From contig NZ_QLIR01000004.1 of NCBI RefSeq assembly GCF_003428155.1, forward strand, positions 94,050-126,049: 32,000 bases of DNA. Direction: 5' to 3'. Below, in pieces: positions 1-10,500 of the stretch. The notes beneath the pieces are model-generated. The model worked only from the letters and a program-made list of their open reading frames with translations, was not told where the DNA came from and did not search any database. This stretch comes from Fastidiosibacter lacustris (lineage in GTDB: Bacteria; Pseudomonadota; Gammaproteobacteria; Francisellales; Francisellaceae). The position numbers were made by a program, and so were the translations under genes. Position 1 is the first letter of the stretch, and each line of letters begins with the position of its first letter.

Positions 1-903
<903 letters not shown>

Positions 904-914
904 AGGTGGATGCT

Positions 915-1367
915 ATGAATAATAAACTCATCCATGTTAATGTGGTTAGTCAAGAAGGCTCTGTTTATAAAGCCGAGGCTAAAATGGTTAGCTTACGTGG
1001 TTCAGAGGGTGAAATGGGTATTGCTTATGGACATACTCAGCTTTTGTCGACTCTACCACCAGGTGTCGTCCGCATTGAACGTGAAAATGATGAAAGAGAC
1101 ACACTTTACATTTCTGGTGGTGTGCTTGAAGTTCAGCCTCACCAGGTCATCATTCTTGCTGATGTGATGGAGCGTGCTAAAGATTTAAATGAAGCAGCTG
1201 CTGAGAAAGCACGTCAACAAGCACAAGAAGTATTAAATAAAGCCAAAGATATGGATAAGCTTGAAGTGGAGGAGGCACGTCAAATGCTAGCTGAAGCGGA
1301 AGCACGTTTAAAAGCACTTAAAATCTTGAAAGGTGTTAATGCTTACTACAACGACTCTGATCGTTAA
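915..1367 (+). CDS. atpC: ATP synthase F1 subunit epsilon
   Basis: Directly downstream of atpD. Epsilon-type N-terminus (VNVVSQEGSVYKAEAKMVSLRGSEGEMGIAYGHTQLLSTLPPGVVRI). ATG at 915 is preferred over the GTG at 906 because AAAGGTGG lies just upstream. Confidence 0.95.
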   Translation: MNNKLIHVNVVSQEGSVYKAEAKMVSLRGSEGEMGIAYGHTQLLSTLPPGVVRIERENDERDTLYISGGVLEVQPHQVIILADVMERAKDLNEAAAEKARQQAQEVLNKAKDMDKLEVEEARQMLAEAEARLKALKILKGVNAYYNDSDR

Positions 1368-1403
1368 TGTTGTGAGAGTATTTATAAGGTAGTAGGTATT
1401 AAA

Positions 1404-1423
1404 ACGCTTTATCTAAAAAGCGT
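1404..1423 (+). terminator. Possible weak hairpin downstream of atpC (ACGCTTT-atctaa-AAAGCGT)
   Basis: 7-bp perfect stem with 6-nt loop 37 bp after the atpC stop. No clear T-tract follows, so terminator function is uncertain. Confidence 0.3.
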
Positions 1424-1479
1424 CGATGTGTTAAGAGAGTCTGCAAAATCTTGAAACGAATGCTAATAAACCGAGCTTA

Positions 1480-2301
1480 TTAGCATGATGCCTGCTGTAA
1501 TATCAAGATGTCGAGCAAGGTGTTTGGTTGCGGTCTATCTGCAAACTGCGTATGCAAAGTGCCGACACTTGTGTAATTATCACTGTTGAGTTTACCAATC
1601 TGAAAGGTCAGACAATGTGCTTTTGCCCATAGGATTGCTTGCGTTTGAATGACTTGAGTAGCTTTATCTTTTGCACAATCATAAGTAAGACTTTCAAAAC
1701 GTATTGCCTTAGGATGTTTATTAGGATCAAGATCATATACTCCATCGACATCTTTTAATAAAATACAACATTTAGCTTTAAGCTTATGAGCAATAAAAAG
1801 TGCGCTTAAATCAGAGCCGCCGCGACCCAGTAAACATGGTTCGTTTTTATCGTTATTTGCAATAAAACCAGGAACGACAATGACTTGTTGTAAAGCCAAA
1901 AGTGTGTTGAATGCTTTGGAATTTATGAACTTTGGTGTGGCATCGTTGTAGTCACCTTCAGCGATAATAGGGTTAGTAATGAAATCTGCTGGAATTGTTT
2001 GTTGTTGAAGTTTCTGAGTCAGATAAGCAACAGATTGCAATTCTCCAGTTGAGAGCAAAAGAGCATGTGCTTTGGTACTTACTTGAGTTTTTGTGCATAC
2101 AAAAGTTTGCTCGGATCTAATCAGGTTGTCAGTGGTATTGCCGATAGCAGAAACAACGGCAATAACTTTATATTTTCTATCGAGAAAACGTTTAATTTCT
2201 GTTACTGCATTACAAAAACAGTCAAGTGATTTTAAAATAGAGCTGCCAAACTTTAAAACGACGATTTCAGGTGGGAAACTGCTACAGCGATATTGAGTCA
2301 T
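1480..2301 (-). CDS. Aspartate kinase catalytic-domain-only protein (possible remnant of a MetL/ThrA-type fused aspartokinase-homoserine dehydrogenase)
   Basis: VVLKFGSSILKS..., VVSAIGNTTDNLI, LLSTGELQS, VVPGFIA...LLGRGGSDLSA, LLKDVDGVYDLDP motifs of the amino-acid kinase fold. No ACT or homoserine dehydrogenase region. The ORF track starts at 2331, but the ATG at 2301 (MTQYRCSSF) is preferred because it sits 4 bp after the stop of an upstream metB-like relic. Confidence 0.8.
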   Translation of the reverse strand: MTQYRCSSFPPEIVVLKFGSSILKSLDCFCNAVTEIKRFLDRKYKVIAVVSAIGNTTDNLIRSEQTFVCTKTQVSTKAHALLLSTGELQSVAYLTQKLQQQTIPADFITNPIIAEGDYNDATPKFINSKAFNTLLALQQVIVVPGFIANNDKNEPCLLGRGGSDLSALFIAHKLKAKCCILLKDVDGVYDLDPNKHPKAIRFESLTYDCAKDKATQVIQTQAILWAKAHCLTFQIGKLNSDNYTSVGTLHTQFADRPQPNTLLDILILQQASC

Positions 2302-2305
2302 GTCT

Positions 2306-2480
2306 TTAAACCTTTTGTTTGTATGTTGCAACTGCCAAAACTTGATCTAAATTCTGAATGATATTAAAAGGATCTTCAAGCCCAACAGACAAATGAGCAA
2401 GTCAGTAATCAATATCAAGTTTTTTGTGTCCTTTCTCGAAATGGGTTCATGTATCATTGTGGCAGCTAAAGTTCAAAACT
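2306..2480 (-). pseudogene. Degraded C-terminus of a Cys/Met-metabolism PLP enzyme (cystathionine gamma-synthase/lyase family, metB-like)
   Basis: Minus strand 2395-2306 reads HLSVGLEDPFNIIQNLDQVLAVATYKQKV*. The preceding sequence in another frame reads THEP/IHEPISRKDTKNLILITDLL, matching the family pattern TH...R...I.D.L(R)LSVGLED with a 1-nt frameshift. Upstream boundary is approximate. Confidence 0.7.
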
Positions 2481-2574
2481 AGAAAGTCTTGAAAATGGTT
2501 CAAGTTGGGTATATTAAAATATAGGCATATGATAACATGCCGTGGATGAATTTAATTAAACCTAAAGGTGAAAT

Positions 2575-3090
2575 ATGGCTAAAGGTACAATCAATAAAGT
2601 AATATTATTAGGGCGTTTAGGAGCGGACCCAGAAATTCGTTATATGCCAAGTGGGATGTCGGTTGCAAATTTACGCTTAGCAACAAATGATGGCTATAAG
2701 GATCGCCAAACAGGTCAGTTTATTGAAAACACTGAATGGCATCGTGTTGTTGTATTTGGTAAGCAAGCAGAAGTAATTTCGCAGTATACACAAAAAGGCT
2801 CAATCATTTATATTGAAGGTCGAATTCGCACTAACAAGTGGCAAGATCAAAATGGTCAAGATCGTTATACAACTGAAATTGTTGCAACTGAAATACAATT
2901 AATTGGTGGTCGTGGAGATGGTCAAATTCAAGATTCAGCACCTGCTCAACCACAGCAGTCTCAAGCACAATTTGCTCAGCCATCAGCGCAACCAGCAGCA
3001 CCTGCATATAACCAACAGGCAGCTCAGAATCAAACGCCACCAGATATCAATCAATTAAATGATTTTGATGATGACGAGATCCCATTTTAA
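2575..3090 (+). CDS. ssb: Single-stranded DNA-binding protein
   Basis: INKVILLGRLGADPEIRYMPSGMSVANLRLATN...FGKQAEVISQYTQKGSIIYIEGRIRTNKWQDQNGQDRYTTEIVA, Q/P/A-rich linker and acidic DFDDDEIPF tail. Confidence 0.98.
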   Translation: MAKGTINKVILLGRLGADPEIRYMPSGMSVANLRLATNDGYKDRQTGQFIENTEWHRVVVFGKQAEVISQYTQKGSIIYIEGRIRTNKWQDQNGQDRYTTEIVATEIQLIGGRGDGQIQDSAPAQPQQSQAQFAQPSAQPAAPAYNQQAAQNQTPPDINQLNDFDDDEIPF

Positions 3091-3092
3091 TT

Positions 3093-3695
3093 ATGCTAAA
3101 TGAATTTATCACGCTAACAGCAACAGATTCCATTTATTGGGATATTAAATATAGTCATAATGGGAATATTGTTGGACGCAAAATTAGCGGTTATTATGCA
3201 AATAAGTGTATGATGACGAAAAGTTGCTTTAGTGCACTGCAAAAAGTCACGGCTTCAGCTAAACGCTTAGGATATAGTTTATTAATTTGGGATGCCTATC
3301 GCCCTAAAAAAGCGGTAATCGATTTTTGGCACTGGTCTCAGAATTTAAGTGATAATGGTACTAAAGCACAATATTATCCTAATTTGTCTAAGGGTGAGTT
3401 ATTTGCCAAAGGCTATTTCAATAAAACCTCAAACCATTGTAGTGGTAGCACAGTCGATTTAACATTAATAAACAAAAGTGGTAAAGAGCTTGATATGGGA
3501 ACGTGCTTTGATTTTATGGATCCATTGTCACATCCACATAACTTGTGTGTTTCTAAAGTTGTGCAAGGTAATCGTAAACTTTTGCAAGGCATGATGATAG
3601 ATGCAGGTTTTGAGCCAATAGACACTGAATGGTGGCATTTTCGCTTATCTGATGAGCCTTTTGAAAATCAAATGTTTGATTTTGATATTATTTAA
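3093..3695 (+). CDS. D-alanyl-D-alanine dipeptidase, VanX/DdpX-like (M15D)
   Basis: YDAYRP-like 'LIWDAYRPKKAV', zinc motif 'NHCSGSTVDLTL', 'MGTCFDFMDPLSH', 'EWWHF'. No obvious signal peptide. Confidence 0.88.
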   Translation: MLNEFITLTATDSIYWDIKYSHNGNIVGRKISGYYANKCMMTKSCFSALQKVTASAKRLGYSLLIWDAYRPKKAVIDFWHWSQNLSDNGTKAQYYPNLSKGELFAKGYFNKTSNHCSGSTVDLTLINKSGKELDMGTCFDFMDPLSHPHNLCVSKVVQGNRKLLQGMMIDAGFEPIDTEWWHFRLSDEPFENQMFDFDII

Positions 3696-3745
3696 ATTAG
3701 TATTGATCCATTAATTTGCTGATCAAAATAAGGATGTGAATCAGG

Positions 3746-4471
3746 ATGGGTAACAATGTTGAAATTAAAAAAAGCAAAGATTATCTGGAAGCGGTGTTGA
3801 TGGACCAAGACAATTCAGCACTAGCTGAATTTTTGTTGCCAAATTGTTTGGCGTTAACCGACTATGGCATTGCCTTTGGTCAAGAAGAAATTGCAATGGA
3901 TTTGAATTTTTTCTTCCAATCAATAGATGTTAAATCGATTAAATTCTCCGAACAGATGCATTGTGCTGATACTACTATCATTACATTTTCGGAGCGCTGT
4001 CAACACATTGGTGAATTTTGCGGAGTGGAAGCCACAGGTAAAGATTTTATTTTTAATGCAACGATTGCACTTCGTTGGCAAGAAGGCAAGATTCGAGAAT
4101 ATTCATTAACTCCAGATGTGAATGGTATGCTCAATCAATTAACGGACAATAATACAGCCACTAAAATTATGTTAGCTTTATCTGAATCAAATAATCGCTG
4201 TTACACCTTGTTGACCAAGTTGTATGCCTTAGTGCATGAAAAAGGACTGTGCTTAACCAAACAGCAACTCAAGTGCTTAGCATTACATTTTGAGGGCTAT
4301 AGTGCTGTGGTCAGTGCACGTATTTTAAATTGTTCGATTGAGACGGTTAGAACGCACATGAAAAATATTCGTGAGTTGTATCGAAACGGCTTTTTAGGTA
4401 ATATTGAAAATTGGTTTAAACAGCAAGGTTTGTACAGCTATATGCGCCGCTACGCTAAGCTTATGCGTTAA
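3746..4471 (+). CDS. SnoaL/NTF2-like N-terminal domain fused to LuxR-type HTH
   Basis: C-terminal 'LTKQQLKCLALHFEGYSAVVSARILNCSIETVRTHMKNIRELY' resembles LuxR/GerE HTH. The N-terminal half ('LMDQDNSALAEFLLPNCLALTDYG...FNATIALRWQEGKIREY') resembles SnoaL-like folds. Confidence 0.65.
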   Translation: MGNNVEIKKSKDYLEAVLMDQDNSALAEFLLPNCLALTDYGIAFGQEEIAMDLNFFFQSIDVKSIKFSEQMHCADTTIITFSERCQHIGEFCGVEATGKDFIFNATIALRWQEGKIREYSLTPDVNGMLNQLTDNNTATKIMLALSESNNRCYTLLTKLYALVHEKGLCLTKQQLKCLALHFEGYSAVVSARILNCSIETVRTHMKNIRELYRNGFLGNIENWFKQQGLYSYMRRYAKLMR

Positions 4472-4494
4472 TTGTAAGAAGTTTCTTACTCTGA

Positions 4495-4644
4495 ATGAAG
4501 TATGCCGCCAAACTAGGTAAAAACTTGCATCTTCGACACTTTAGTCCTGAGTGTAAACTCCTTTTAGGAAAAGCAGGTAATATGGTTGAAGCTAATGTTT
4601 TAGAGGATCCAGATTATCATGTCGCTTCTAATAAATTGGGATAA
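4495..4644 (+). other. Short ORF (49 aa, [49 protein letters not shown]), not in the supplied ORF track
   Basis: ATG...TAA open frame directly downstream of the LuxR-HTH gene. Could be a real small protein or a gene relic. Confidence 0.3.
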
Positions 4645-4760
4645 AATATTTTGTAAATAACTTTAACATTACTTTAACATAAACATTATTTTTTTTAGGG
4701 ACTCTGCTTTATATTCCTTATAAGATAAATCTCGGGTTAACAAAAATAAGGAACTTTTAT

Positions 4761-6155
4761 ATGCTGATCAAAAATAAACCGGTCACACTCACTTTCTTCA
4801 TAACTCTCTTTCAAACTATGAGTACAGGAGTGATGTTTAGCTTAACTGTTTTGTATTTAACTTTATCACTTAATGTCAGTGAGGCAGAGGCATATATGCT
4901 TAACACTGCTTTATTCTCGCTATTTTACTGCTTACCGCTTATCTCTGGGATGGTTGCTGACAAGTTTTTAGATGCCAAACGTACACTTATTATTGGACAA
5001 CTTTTTAGTATCGTTGGTTTTTTCACTTTAGCGAGCATGGGCACCAATATGCTTGTTGTGAGTTTAAGCTGTATTGCCATTGGTGGGGCTTTTTACTTAC
5101 CTAGCATCTGGAAGCTTTTGCATAGCTGCTTTCCTGAACACAATAGTAAGCGATCATATTATTTTACCGTTGCCTACATCAGCCTTGCAACAGGAGGGAT
5201 GATTTCAACTTTTAGCTCTGGATTTATTGCGGATCATTTTGGTTATCATACCGCTTTTTATATTGGTGGAATTTATAATGTCATCGCTTTAGTTTTGTTT
5301 ATTTTATTTCACCGAATTTACCCACGCTCGTCCTATCAGTTTTCTTTAGCTAAAATCGGCTATAGCGTTTGTATACTTATCCTTACCTTTGCGGCTGTTC
5401 ATTACCTTATTCAAAGACCAAACACTGCTGCGATGGTTATTTACATTGCTGCAATTGCACTATTTTTTTACTTTTTATATCTTGCCAAAACTGCCGATAA
5501 TGCCAATCAAACAAAGGGGATTCTTAAGTTTGTAATTTTATGTTTAATCTGTGTGACTTACTGGAGCATTGCCACACTGTCGCAAACTAACATTACCTTA
5601 TTCTCTCAATATAACCTTAATCGTTATATTTTTGGAATTATTTATCCAGCTGGTTCTGTTATTACTTTTTGGTATATCAGTATGTTTATCTGTGCCATTG
5701 CGGTCAGTACGCTATGGTATCGCAATATCAAGCACAATGCCTTTGATTTGAAATTTTTTATTGGACTTGTTGTCACTGCTATAGCAGGTATCACCATTCC
5801 TATCTCGATTGGCTTATCAGCCTCAGGCGCACAGGTTGCATTTTTCTGGATCATTATATTTTTCTTTTTCTTGGGTTTTGGAGAAATTCTTATTCATCCA
5901 AATGGCAGTGCTGCCGCTGGAGAATATATCACAGAAAAAAACAGGGGATTTGCACTTGGTGCTTGGGAGTTTTCAAGTGGTTTAGGTGTTGCTATTTCAG
6001 GGAAGCTCTCAATACTTACTATTACTGATGATAAGCAAACAAATCTCTTGCTGAGTAATCAAGCTTATAGTCGCACTTTCCTGTATATCGCGATTATTTG
6101 CTTTGCTTTTGGGGTTGTGACATATCTTGTTAATCGGCTACTCAAAACGCACTAA
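4761..6155 (+). CDS. POT/PTR2-family proton-dependent oligopeptide (MFS) transporter
   Basis: Polytopic membrane protein with POT-like N-terminus (YMLNTALFSLFYCLPLISGMVADKFLDAKRTLIIGQL...) and C-terminal 'FAIIFFFFLGFGEILIHPNGSAAAGEYI'-type region. Confidence 0.8.
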   Translation: MLIKNKPVTLTFFITLFQTMSTGVMFSLTVLYLTLSLNVSEAEAYMLNTALFSLFYCLPLISGMVADKFLDAKRTLIIGQLFSIVGFFTLASMGTNMLVVSLSCIAIGGAFYLPSIWKLLHSCFPEHNSKRSYYFTVAYISLATGGMISTFSSGFIADHFGYHTAFYIGGIYNVIALVLFILFHRIYPRSSYQFSLAKIGYSVCILILTFAAVHYLIQRPNTAAMVIYIAAIALFFYFLYLAKTADNANQTKGILKFVILCLICVTYWSIATLSQTNITLFSQYNLNRYIFGIIYPAGSVITFWYISMFICAIAVSTLWYRNIKHNAFDLKFFIGLVVTAIAGITIPISIGLSASGAQVAFFWIIIFFFFLGFGEILIHPNGSAAAGEYITEKNRGFALGAWEFSSGLGVAISGKLSILTITDDKQTNLLLSNQAYSRTFLYIAIICFAFGVVTYLVNRLLKTH

Positions 6156-6180
6156 GCGATACTTTATACGGATTTTTTAT

Positions 6181-6219
6181 CAGCAGGAATCCCCTTCCTT
6201 TAGGGAGGGAGGATGTCAA
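6181..6219 (+). mobile_element. Possible relic of an IS200/IS605-family right end (omega-RNA-like 3' hairpin)
   Basis: GGAATCCCCTTCC-TTTA-GGGAGGGAGGATGTCAA: a 7-bp stem (6192-6198 / 6203-6209, one G-U) followed by GATGTCAA, resembling the ends of TnpB-type elements. No tnpA or tnpB ORF nearby. Confidence 0.5.
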
Positions 6220-6240
6220 ATCTGAGTATTGCGCGATTTT

Positions 6241-6280
6241 TACTAATATCCACCAATATCCCCCGATATCCCCCAATATT
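6241..6280 (+). repeat. Four imperfect tandem copies of a 10-mer (tactaatatc / caccaatatc / ccccgatatc / ccccaatatt)
   Basis: Read directly from the sequence. Confidence 0.75.
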
Positions 6281-6374
6281 TTGGTATTACATTATATTTA
6301 TGTTTTGTTATCATAGACCCAATAGCAGATGCTAGTAAATGTTGTTTTTGCGATGGGGGTCGACAAAGTACAGC

Positions 6375-6410
6375 GTTTCTGAGAATATGCAATAGCATGT
6401 TTTCAGAAGC
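6375..6410 (+). other. Long intergenic hairpin, 16-bp stem (3 G-U/T-G wobbles), 4-nt loop AATA
   Basis: GTTTCTGAGAATATGC-AATA-GCATGTTTTCAGAAGC. All 16 positions pair as Watson-Crick or wobble. Confidence 0.7.
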
Positions 6411-6520
6411 TGTCTGTGCTTTATGTATATGTTTGTAGATTATACGTATTTTTAAAGATAAAATTATAAGAATATGTTATACAATTTTATAAAAATTAAA
6501 AATACAGATGGAGTGACTAA

Positions 6521-7273
6521 ATGGCCACGATTCACACACCTAAACAATATGCCGAAATTTATAAAATCTTGCAAAAACATGACAACTCCAAGCAAATTAT
6601 AACCCATATCCAAAACACTATTTTGCCCTATATTGAAAAGCAGTATTTTCTTGATATTGGTGCAGGAGAAGGCAAAATAACTCAGCATTTTATTTCACAA
6701 TTTCAAAATAATACAGCGATTGAACCTAACTCTAACTATACAAAAATACTACAAAATTTTCCCCAATTGACTGTCATCAACGATATCTTTCAAAACACTT
6801 TTCTGTCACACAAGTATAACTTTATTTTATGTTCTCACGTTATGTACCACGTTGCAGAGCAAGAATGGGAAAGGTTTGTTTTAAAAGCCTATGATCAACT
6901 TGAAGAAAAAGGTAGATTGATGTTTGTAGTACCCTCTGACCAAGGTGTGCATTATGATAAATGTATCAGCTATAACCCATATTACAAATGCTATAAATTA
7001 TTGAAAAATATTGCACACAAATATGAGATCCCCTATCAGGTTACAATTGATAAAGCATTTTATAATACAGAAACCTTGGAAGAAATGTATCAAATTTGTC
7101 GCTTTTCTATCGTTGAAGATAGCTTTAATTATGACATGTACCAACAGTTGCTTAACAATGGCATAGCTGAATTTGATAGAGATGTGCTAAATTATGCAAA
7201 AAGTACAAAAATTAACGATACACTTTATTCACTTGTCATTCATCCTGCTTTTGTTACCTTATACAAAAGTTAG
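6521..7273 (+). CDS. Class I SAM-dependent methyltransferase
   Basis: 'YFLDIGAGEGKITQHFISQFQNNTAIEPN' SAM-binding motif I, 'YNFILCSHVMYHV' motif and 'KAYDQLEEKGRLMFVVPS'. Confidence 0.8.
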   Translation: MATIHTPKQYAEIYKILQKHDNSKQIITHIQNTILPYIEKQYFLDIGAGEGKITQHFISQFQNNTAIEPNSNYTKILQNFPQLTVINDIFQNTFLSHKYNFILCSHVMYHVAEQEWERFVLKAYDQLEEKGRLMFVVPSDQGVHYDKCISYNPYYKCYKLLKNIAHKYEIPYQVTIDKAFYNTETLEEMYQICRFSIVEDSFNYDMYQQLLNNGIAEFDRDVLNYAKSTKINDTLYSLVIHPAFVTLYKS

Positions 7274-7574
7274 CCCATCAATATTGAGAGTCGTTACAAG
7301 TCAATTTTCGTTATATTTTACTCTTGTTTTCAACTACCTTGTTAATCCCTATTGAAATCAAAACCTCTTGTCTCACACCGTTAACCACGTTAGCCAACAA
7401 AACCGTTAGAATGACCCGTTTTAATGACTTGTTGATAGTAAATTTAGTGCAAAGGCTGTTATGGCTTGTAAAAGGAGAGCAAATAGAAACCAGTAATTTT
7501 AGTTAAATTATTACGGTTACTAAGGTGTATAAAATTAATTTATACTATCGCTGGATTAAATTTTAACATGGATT

Positions 7575-10500
7575 ATGGAAATGGTTATAAAAAAGTATTT
7601 TGCATATTTATTGGGGTGGGTTTTTCTTTTATCAGGCTGCGGTGGTAGCGGTGGCGGCAGTGAGGATGTATCTGCAATTAAAATAAAGCAAGGTATAGCT
7701 TTGCCAGATGTGATAAAACAAGATAGTGAAGCAATTGGTATTGTTGAGATAGGTTATGAAACAAATCGTGATCAATTTACGATTGCAACCAAGAGTGACA
7801 GTCAGCGTCTTATGATTGATAAGGATAAGATTAAACTGGAAGGCGAAGGAGTCAGAATAGCTTGGGACTTGGTTAATGATTCATCCTGTGTTAACAAGGA
7901 AAGGCAGTATGTTGAGCGCAATGGTAGTTGTAATTTACCTATTCAGATTAACAGTCAAAAGCTCGGTGTTCATTCGATTAACTTACAGGTGACCACGCGT
8001 GATGGCAAGACAGCAGAGCAATCATTTAAGATAGAGGTGGTAGAGCCATTTTCACCTAAGCTTGGTAGCAGTGCTATGATAGTCAATTATCTTGATCCTG
8101 TCCTAAATGGTATATATGGTCATAGTGATAGATCCGTTTTGCTATACAATGCGGGGAATAAATTAAACAATGTGCGCGTTCTGGATAAAAAAACTAAATT
8201 AGTGTTACATAGGGCAGTTGAATTAAAAGCCGGTGAATTAAGTAAATTACGATTTGATGGACAACTGGAGTTACCTTTTGGTCTGTCTCCTTCATTAGAT
8301 ATTATGGCAGCAAACTTGCGTGAGAATTTCAAAGTGAATTATTTGCCGCATGATTGGCTAGCAACGCGTGTTAATCACCTTGCAATTACCAAACCTGGGC
8401 AAAGTAAACTTGCATTTGAGGTTTTGCAACCAGGTTTTGAAGTGGTGGAAATAAGTTTTGACTTTGAAGGTAAGGGTGTAGCGTTAACTGATAAGCCATT
8501 CACCGAAGACGACACATTAGAGTCCAAATTATATAATTTTACTTTCTCAGTAGCAGATGATGCTTATGGAGCGGGGGACTTGACAGTTACATTGCGTCGT
8601 GATGGGCACGATGTGGAATATAAAAGTAAAGTTACTGTTCAACCGATTAGTTTAAAAGTTGAAGCAGCAGATGAAGTATTACGCGAAGCTGGACAACTTT
8701 ATACAATAAAGGTTACCAATCAATCGGCATTTAACTGGTCAATTTCACAGGATAAATTTGAGCTTGGTGGATTAGCACCTCATGCAATGTGGGATAATAC
8801 AGTTCTTGATAATTGTCGTGATCTATCTTACTTGGCAGCAGGTGGAAGTTGTAATTTACAACTAAAATATACTCCTGATGTTAATAACTTGCGTACAGGC
8901 AATTATGCGTTGAAGATAAAAGATGATATAAGACTTCCGAAAACGCAAAGTGTAGATATCAAGGTGATTCAAGGGAATCAGAAGTTGCATGTCTATGCAC
9001 CTGTAAAGCTGTCTGAAAATGATTATAAACTGGAGATTTTTAATAATGACAGTAAGAATGTTGATGTCACATTAATTGGTAATAATCTTGATTTTATCAC
9101 GGCTCAAAATTGTGGTCTTATAAAACAAGATGATAGTATTAAGGTAACAGTGTCTCAAACAAGCTTATGTACAGTTGAGCTTAGAAAGTCAGATGTCAAC
9201 ACTGAAGCAACATTAGAGTATGACAGTGAAAATGGTAGAGGTAAGTACTATTTCTTACAATCAGAGCAGTTATTGTATATCGATGGTAAGGCAGTTGTTG
9301 TTTATGATGTCAATAAATATGGAGAATTTATAAGGATTGATGAAAATCAATATCCTGTGAAAATTCAGAAAGTACAAGATATTGTGGCAAAAGAAGATGA
9401 GCTATATATTGCAACAGATGTTCCGGGTGTGTTGTATCGCTATAAGGATAATACGATAACTGAGTTTATCCATATTCCAGACAATAGTTTTATTCAGCAT
9501 ATTGAAAAGGGTGCAGCAGATGATGTTTTAGTGGCAGTATCTTTTAACCCGTTTGAGGAGCAAAACAATTTCTGGCAGATTAATTTGCAGACTCGAAACG
9601 TTGAGCTAATTGCCAGCTTTTCAGGATATATCAATCGTATTAAAGGAATTGAAGCAAATGAGTTTCATATTGTTGGTACGGATCTTATCTATAACAATCA
9701 GACATCAAATATACTGGTTTTAAAGGTTGATAAAGACAGTAGTAAAAGTGGTGTAATGATTCCTCCGCTTCCGGTTATTATGCAGAGCGGACCGATATTT
9801 GATGTTGCTCACACGAAGGATACTTATTATGCAGCCAGTATTTTTGGTGAGCATTCTGGATTGATCGAGCTTCCTTATCCTTTGGATGCCAGTAATACTG
9901 TGAAAGCGCAAACGGTGGTGATGGACGATACATTTTATAAGGAAGGAGGATATGTATCACAAGTAGATGCAAGTATTGAAGGAGATGCTGTTTATGCCTA
10001 TGGCTGGCTGAAAGACAATCAATACGTTTTGATGCAAAAGAAACAAGGTCAAGTTAAGCCTATCCCATTGAGTAGCTATATAAGATACATTGTGCCTATG
10101 TCAGATGGGCTATATTACAGTGCAACTGAAAGTAGTGGGAATAATCATTTTATTTCTCGCTGGAAGAATAAGGAAGAAGAACAAAAAATTATGAGTCAAA
10201 ACTTTACTATTTCAACAACAGAAAATGTGTTGAAATTGAAAAGACACCATCAGGAAGTTGTTTCTTCGAATGCATTTTCGGTATTATTGCCTGCGTCGTT
10301 GGAGATAACAGAGCGTAAAGAGCATCTATTACAAGCAAAAGAATTTGTATCTAGAAATATGGATAGTCATGCAATAGATTATGTTTGGTCAGGAGAGGTG
10401 GGGGTGTTTAACCCAGATGCAACAAATCAAGCAAGCATTAACTTGACTGCACCAGCTTTTAACCCAAGAGAGAACAATCAATATAATGTTAAGCTTTTAG

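Noticed and set aside
7324-7506. 60-aa plus-strand ORF in the ORF track
   Set aside because: No recognisable motif and unconvincing composition; its stop-flanked neighbourhood reads as intergenic or old relic sequence.
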